In this document: piece by piece, positions 58,816-64,000 of the stretch
Layout of the letters: each line of letters opens with the position of its first letter
Numbering within the stretch: position 1 is the stretch's first letter
DNA from: a virus
Taxonomy: Duplodnaviria > Heunggongvirae > Uroviricota > Caudoviricetes
Virus record (IMG/VR): IMGVR_UViG_3300039159_000198
Length of the DNA: 64,000 nt
Reading direction: 5' to 3' (one strand)
Translations under genes and position numbers: made by a program
Notes under the pieces: model-generated
The model's database searches: none
What the model saw: the letters and a program-made list of their open reading frames with translations, nothing else
Told to the model about the DNA's origin: nothing

Positions 58816-58954
58816 TTATAGAAAAGGTCAAATAGATGAATTCTATTATTTAAACACATTACTCAGTATAAGTTATCAGGATTTTCAAACAATGCCATTA
58901 TTTGTTAGAAAATATTTGTTAGATAAATGGATTGAAGAACACCAAAAGGACTGA
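58802..58954 (+). CDS. Frameshift-accessed C-terminal extension of the chaperone (GT-like)
   Basis: The +1 frame stays open: VLSSDYRKGQIDEFYYLNTLLSISYQDFQTMPLFVRKYLLDKWIEEHQKD*; no start codon at its 5' end. Confidence 0.7.
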   Translation, partial: VLSSDYRKGQIDEFYYLNTLLSISYQDFQTMPLFVRKYLLDKWIEEHQKD

Positions 58955-58969
58955 AAACTCAGTCCTTTT
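58944..58969 (+). terminator. Intrinsic terminator
   Basis: AAAAGGACTGA-AAAC-TCAGTCCTTTT. Confidence 0.75.
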
Positions 58970-58997
58970 GTATTTATATGTAAATACTATTTAAATT

Positions 58998-60842
58998 ATG
59001 GCAGACGGAGACGATAAAAAACACGAAGAATTAAAAAAACTTTTAGTCGGAAATAATCAAGAAAAATCTTTTGCGACAAAAATGTCAGAAGAAGCTACTG
59101 TAACTTTTAAGACATTATCTAAATCGATTCAAGAGAATTATAACGCTCAAGTAGAACTTAATAGGTCTTTTGGCCAAGGTCAGGAAAGATTAGTCGAAAT
59201 GCAAAAGGCTATTTCGGATGCTGTTCCAAAAGTTACCCGTTTAGGGGGTTCAATAACCGATGTTCAGACAGCGATGAGTGAAATTGCTCTTGCTTCAAAT
59301 CGTAATGTTGTATCTAATAGTAAAGATGTTGAAAAACTTTATGCCGCTACAAAATTAATTGATGAGTCCGCCGGAAGTTTAACTAATTCATTTTTGGATA
59401 TTGGGGTTGGTGTTAGTGAAATACCAAAACAATTGGAGTCTTCAATTAATTATATTCAAAGTATTGGAGGTAACACTAGAAAAGTAATGAAAGATGTTAC
59501 CGCAAATATGGACCAAATGAACCGTTATCAGTTTGAAGGCGGTGTTGCTGGTTTAACTAAAATGGCTGCTCAAGCATCTATGTTAAGATTTAATATGTCT
59601 GATACATTTGCACTGGCAGAAAAAGTTTTAGACCCGGAAGGAGCTATTGAAACTGCTGCGGCATTTCAAAGACTTGGTGTATCTGCGGGTAATTTAACAG
59701 ACCCATTTCAATTAATGAATCTATCGATTAATGACCCATCAGGATTACAAACTAGTTTGGCTGATGTTTCTAAACAATTTACATATTTTGATGATAAAAC
59801 TAAGACTTTTAAAATAAACCCTCAAGGGGTATTGACTCTTAAAGAAATGGAAAAATCCGCTGGATTATCTGCGGGTTCATTATCAAAAATGGGATTGGCG
59901 GCAGCAGAATTAGACCAAAGAATTTCAGCAATCAATATGGCGGGTTTAACCATTGGAAGTGAGGAAGACAAACAATATTTGGCAAATATTGCTAATATGG
60001 AAGACGGGACATATAAAGTCAGTCTTGAAGATGGTACTAAAAAAGAATTGTCGGAATTAAGTCAACCTGAATTTGATAAATTAATTAAAGAACAAAAAAC
60101 TGGTCCAAAAACTCTTGAAGAGATTGCTAAATCACAATTAAAAATTGATGAATCTATGTTGTTGGATGTTAGGTCAATTAGAGAATCATTTGTAAAAGGA
60201 ATTGTTAGTTCAAAACAGATAGGTAAAGGAATTGCCGGAGCTCAAAGAGTTGGAAAAGCTGTTTTTGGAGAAGCATCATCGGCAATTAATGCTAAAGATT
60301 TTAGGAATATTAGTGAAGAATTAATAACTAATTTAGGTATTGTTGCAACAGATTTAAAACAAGGTAATAAACCACTTACAGATGTCTTATCAAATAGTTT
60401 AAATAGAGCCGCAGATACTTTTGATGAGGCTAGAAAAAACTTTTCAGAAATTTTTAAAGGTTATAAACAAAAAGTCTCAGAAAAAATAACAAATCAAACT
60501 GTTGGAGAGAGTATGTTGAAAAATATTATTAGTGAGGATATTAAACCTTCAGTAAGTAATTCAAAAGTCTCAACAACACCTTTAAATCCATCCGGAGTAA
60601 ATAATACAAGTACATTACAGAATAATCAACCATCTTCAACTACAACAACAAATCAAACAAATCAAACTATTGATGTTGGTGGAAAAATAGTTGTGGATAT
60701 TACAGCACCTGCGGGTATTAATACACAACAACTTCAACAAATATTTACAGATACGTTTAATAGTAATAGTTTTGTTAATCATATTGTTGGAATAACAAGT
60801 TCAAAAACATTAAAAGAACCAATGTCAAAAACATACGCTTAA
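58998..60842 (+). CDS. Putative tape measure protein
   Basis: Helical A/S/L/K-rich 614 aa protein directly after the tube and chaperone genes. Confidence 0.65.
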   Translation: MADGDDKKHEELKKLLVGNNQEKSFATKMSEEATVTFKTLSKSIQENYNAQVELNRSFGQGQERLVEMQKAISDAVPKVTRLGGSITDVQTAMSEIALASNRNVVSNSKDVEKLYAATKLIDESAGSLTNSFLDIGVGVSEIPKQLESSINYIQSIGGNTRKVMKDVTANMDQMNRYQFEGGVAGLTKMAAQASMLRFNMSDTFALAEKVLDPEGAIETAAAFQRLGVSAGNLTDPFQLMNLSINDPSGLQTSLADVSKQFTYFDDKTKTFKINPQGVLTLKEMEKSAGLSAGSLSKMGLAAAELDQRISAINMAGLTIGSEEDKQYLANIANMEDGTYKVSLEDGTKKELSELSQPEFDKLIKEQKTGPKTLEEIAKSQLKIDESMLLDVRSIRESFVKGIVSSKQIGKGIAGAQRVGKAVFGEASSAINAKDFRNISEELITNLGIVATDLKQGNKPLTDVLSNSLNRAADTFDEARKNFSEIFKGYKQKVSEKITNQTVGESMLKNIISEDIKPSVSNSKVSTTPLNPSGVNNTSTLQNNQPSSTTTTNQTNQTIDVGGKIVVDITAPAGINTQQLQQIFTDTFNSNSFVNHIVGITSSKTLKEPMSKTYA

Positions 60843-60865
60843 CCTATTTATAAATAAAATCGTAG

Positions 60866-63800
60866 ATGCCAAACAGTTCATTAGATTACGTAAATTCAAA
60901 TGGTTTCAGAAATAGATTGATAACGAGAAATTTAGTACCTTATGCTAAATCTCCAAATCGACCTTCTGTTCAAGTTCCGTATGAATACATACAGTCAGAT
61001 TTATCAGTTATTGATAGTCCTGACCAACTTATTGATGTCTCCTCATTTGCAAATCAATTATATCCTTTAAACCAATATGGTAATGAGGGTGGTTATAATC
61101 AAGTTCCTGACCCAAATGGGTTAACAAATACAGTTTCAAATCAGGGGGAGTATGGTCCGGGACAACAAGACGCACATATTGTTACGGAAGGATATGATGC
61201 AGTAAGGTTATGGAGACCACTTAACGCTTACGCTGATGGATTAAATGTGTTTGACTCTGCGGAATCATTTTCAAGTTTAGATACTGTTAGACCCGACCAA
61301 GATAGACAAGGTAATGGACAACCATACCCGGGGTCAATTGTTGCATCATCGTATTCACCATTATCAATCTTATTATCAACAAATCCAACGGGTAGTAATG
61401 GTAATATTAGTCAAGATTCCTACATTGCTCGTTTAGGTGCTCAAACACTTAGAAATGAGTTTCAAGAAAGAATTGCTGCGAGACTAAGGTTGGAAACTAT
61501 AGGTCAGGCAAATATTTTAAATGTTACTAGTGGTACTGACTTAGTTAACATATTATCAGGACAAGTTCCAATATTAGAGCCTAATTGGCAAATATCAGTT
61601 CCTTCAAACCCTATAACTGCGGCTGCCGACTTCGCCCTTAGATTGGGAGGGAGTATTTTACCTATAAGTTTAATACCGGGTTCTTATTTTGACCCGTCAA
61701 TTAATCCGGGACAACCAACAACAATCCAACAAGTAACCAACGCAATTGCGGGTACAACAGTTGGAAACTTTTTTAATCAATTATTGGGGGCTGGTCAAAC
61801 AGGTTCTCAAATATTTTATAATAATACAGGTGCGGGACAAAAGTCACGATTGTTTAAAAACATTGACTTTAACAAATATAAACCACATTATGAAAGAGGT
61901 GTGTTTGATAGAGTTGCAGGGGCTTTAACAGGAACATTATCAAATAATAGTAATTTTTATATTGGGAGTACCAATTCAAATCCTTCAAGAATATTTTCTC
62001 CGGGAGGAGATTTACCTGTTGACCAATTTGGTAAAGAACAACAATCACCGGTATATGGTCCTCAAGAGTTAGCACAACTTTATGAAGGACCAAGTAAAGA
62101 TATTAGATTAGGCGCAAATGGACCAACATATTCTGACGGTGGAGGTATTGAAGGTGGATTCACATGGACATCACCAAAGTATAAAGATAATGCGGGTAAA
62201 AAAGTTGGGTTAGGTGGTCTTATTACGGGTGAAGACCAAAATTTTAAACCTTCTTCATTTAACACAACAGAATCAACAAACAGGGTGTTTAAGGGAGGTT
62301 CTATTTTAGATGAAACTCAAAGATTAATTAATAGTCAACCTCAAGGAGGAAGAAGATTACAACACGTAGGGAATGCTATAGACCAAGTTAGTAAAGTTTT
62401 TAACGATGGTTATAAAGAAATAACTAAAGGTTCTAAAGTGTATCGTTATGTTGGTGCCGTTGGTCAAGAAGTTGGTACTGAGTATTGTCGTATTTTTGCC
62501 AAAGATGTTCCTTATTTACAATATAATAATTTACAAAAAACTGATGGTATAACAACATCAGGTAGAAGATTTTCTGATTCGGTATTTGATAATACATATA
62601 ATTTAAACATTGCTCCAAACAAACAAGAAGGAGGGCAAGATTCAACTAACCTTATTGGTGGTATGAATAATGGGTATGCTAAAAAATATATGTTTTCATT
62701 GGAGAATTTAGCTTGGAGAACATCAAGTACTCCCGGATTTTCTGTGTCTGACTTAGCGATATGTGAAAGAGGTCCTAACGGAGGTAGAGTTATGTGGTTT
62801 GCGCCTTATGGGCTGGTTTTTAGTGAACAAGTAAGTGCGAATTGGAATCAAACTGACTTCCTTGGAAGACCTGAACCTATTTATACTTATAAGAATACTA
62901 ACCGTACGGGTAGTTTAACTTGGAAAGTTGTTGTTGACCATCCATCTGCATTAAATGTTGTTGTTAATAAAATCTTAAGTAATGAAACAAATAAAGTTAG
63001 GATTGATAGTATTTTAGAATCATTCTTTGCTGGTTGTAGAAAATATGATTTATATGAATTGGCTAAAAAATATTATATGGTTAATCCAAATGACTTATAT
63101 CAATTACAAGAGGCTATTTCATCTAAAGAAACAACTAAAGAACAAACAGAGTATATTAAAAAAACAGTTCAAACTGGTGTTAATTCACCAACAGGGGCTG
63201 ATGTCTCGGTATCTCAATCAGGTGGAGGTGGTAATTCTCAAAATTTATTTAACAAATATCAAAATTTAGGATTTTATTTTGGTAATGATTACCCTAAAAA
63301 AAATCAATCAGTACCAAATTATTCGGTTGAATATGATAGATATACAAGCAAATCTAATACAGATTATTACAATACTAAACCAAACGCGGAACAAACAAGT
63401 AATGTATTTAAAACTGTTGTTACCCCAAATTATGAAATTATAAAACAATTTACGATTGATTTAGCGAATCAATTAAAACAAAATACGGGTACTGTTACAA
63501 TTACGATAGACTCTAGTTGCTCTGCTCCTGCTAGTGTAAAATACAATCAAGAATTATCAGCAAGAAGGATTGAGTCGGCAATTAAATTCTTTAATGAAAA
63601 TTCAAATATAAAACAATATATTGACAATAAACGACTTATTGTTGTTCCCGGTAAAGCATTTGGAGAAAGTACAGTTACTCAACCATTGGCGTCTAAAACA
63701 GGTGTGGGTCCATTCACAGTAGAAACGTTAACACCTAAAAGTACGGTTAATTGTACTAATGAAGATAGTACAGTTATTGGAGGTGATACTCAGGTTGGTG

Positions 63801-64000
63801 GAAATGATGTATTTACTTATGGTGCGATGGCATGTAGAAGAGCCTATATTTCAGGGATTAAATCAAATTTGACGGCACCTGTAAGTCCAACAACACCTCA
63901 ATATACGACAATTGTTGAAGAAAATAAAATTTTAAAGACTGTTAAAGAAGAAGTTGTTACTCAAGAATATAACCCAAGAGATAATATTACTAAACGAGTT
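60866..64000 (+). CDS. Large baseplate/tube-initiator protein with an OmpA-like domain, partial (not in the ORF track)
   Basis: ATG at 60866 (MPNSSLDYVN), apparently open to the window end; VFSEQVSANWNQTDFLGRPEPIYTYKNTNRTGSL; SSCSAPASVKYNQELSARR. Confidence 0.75.
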   Translation, partial: MPNSSLDYVNSNGFRNRLITRNLVPYAKSPNRPSVQVPYEYIQSDLSVIDSPDQLIDVSSFANQLYPLNQYGNEGGYNQVPDPNGLTNTVSNQGEYGPGQQDAHIVTEGYDAVRLWRPLNAYADGLNVFDSAESFSSLDTVRPDQDRQGNGQPYPGSIVASSYSPLSILLSTNPTGSNGNISQDSYIARLGAQTLRNEFQERIAARLRLETIGQANILNVTSGTDLVNILSGQVPILEPNWQISVPSNPITAAADFALRLGGSILPISLIPGSYFDPSINPGQPTTIQQVTNAIAGTTVGNFFNQLLGAGQTGSQIFYNNTGAGQKSRLFKNIDFNKYKPHYERGVFDRVAGALTGTLSNNSNFYIGSTNSNPSRIFSPGGDLPVDQFGKEQQSPVYGPQELAQLYEGPSKDIRLGANGPTYSDGGGIEGGFTWTSPKYKDNAGKKVGLGGLITGEDQNFKPSSFNTTESTNRVFKGGSILDETQRLINSQPQGGRRLQHVGNAIDQVSKVFNDGYKEITKGSKVYRYVGAVGQEVGTEYCRIFAKDVPYLQYNNLQKTDGITTSGRRFSDSVFDNTYNLNIAPNKQEGGQDSTNLIGGMNNGYAKKYMFSLENLAWRTSSTPGFSVSDLAICERGPNGGRVMWFAPYGLVFSEQVSANWNQTDFLGRPEPIYTYKNTNRTGSLTWKVVVDHPSALNVVVNKILSNETNKVRIDSILESFFAGCRKYDLYELAKKYYMVNPNDLYQLQEAISSKETTKEQTEYIKKTVQTGVNSPTGADVSVSQSGGGGNSQNLFNKYQNLGFYFGNDYPKKNQSVPNYSVEYDRYTSKSNTDYYNTKPNAEQTSNVFKTVVTPNYEIIKQFTIDLANQLKQNTGTVTITIDSSCSAPASVKYNQELSARRIESAIKFFNENSNIKQYIDNKRLIVVPGKAFGESTVTQPLASKTGVGPFTVETLTPKSTVNCTNEDSTVIGGDTQVGGNDVFTYGAMACRRAYISGIKSNLTAPVSPTTPQYTTIVEENKILKTVKEEVVTQEYNPRDNITKRV

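Noticed and set aside
3854-63269. Short antisense or nested ORFs in the track (e.g. 3854, 7214, 9140, 12149, 26433, 31916, 36615, 44359, 45169, 45889, 54604, 58599, 61746-63269)
   Set aside because: Shadow frames of longer, well-supported genes, with no motifs or expression signals
1-64000. Stop-codon reassignment (TAG or TGA)
   Set aside because: Conserved genes are full length in code 11, and TAG (56366) and TGA (5347) end genes at the expected places
1-64000. tRNA or rRNA genes
   Set aside because: No cloverleaf or T-loop signature seen in the intergenic gaps by eye; tRNAscan was not run

Overview
AT-rich segment of a large, T4-like contractile-tailed (jumbo-type) phage, translated with the standard code 11. 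The host is very probably Bacteroidota: there are four canonical TTTG-N19/20-TAnnTTTG promoters and a signal peptide followed by Gln. The window holds virion genes (gp5-like spike, neck/head completion, sheath, tube, tail chaperone, tape measure, baseplate), a gp55-like late sigma factor, family B DNA polymerase, SNF2 helicase, dUTPase, PhoH, a SOD fusion, two glycosylation clusters, Thr/Pro-rich mucin-like proteins and seven free-standing homing-endonuclease-like genes. Main observations: (1) a GT60 polypeptide GlcNAc-transferase cluster beside mucin-like proteins, a candidate phage O-glycosylation system; (2) a 1039-bp piece of bacterial-type DNA (fic 3' half plus the start of a restriction gene) inside an endonuclease gene, between 11-bp direct repeats; (3) a +1 (or -2) frameshift at UUU_UUU_CGU_C in the tail chaperone; (4) two unannotated RHH+HNH cassettes; (5) a shared N-terminal leader on unrelated enzymes; (6) a TATTTAT promoter-like motif, often inside hairpins; (7) a 56-bp ACTAG tandem array; (8) a promoter- and terminator-bounded structured RNA candidate. 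All family calls come from motif recognition by eye. No database searches were run. Homopolymer indels in the first 2 kb suggest some sequencing error.
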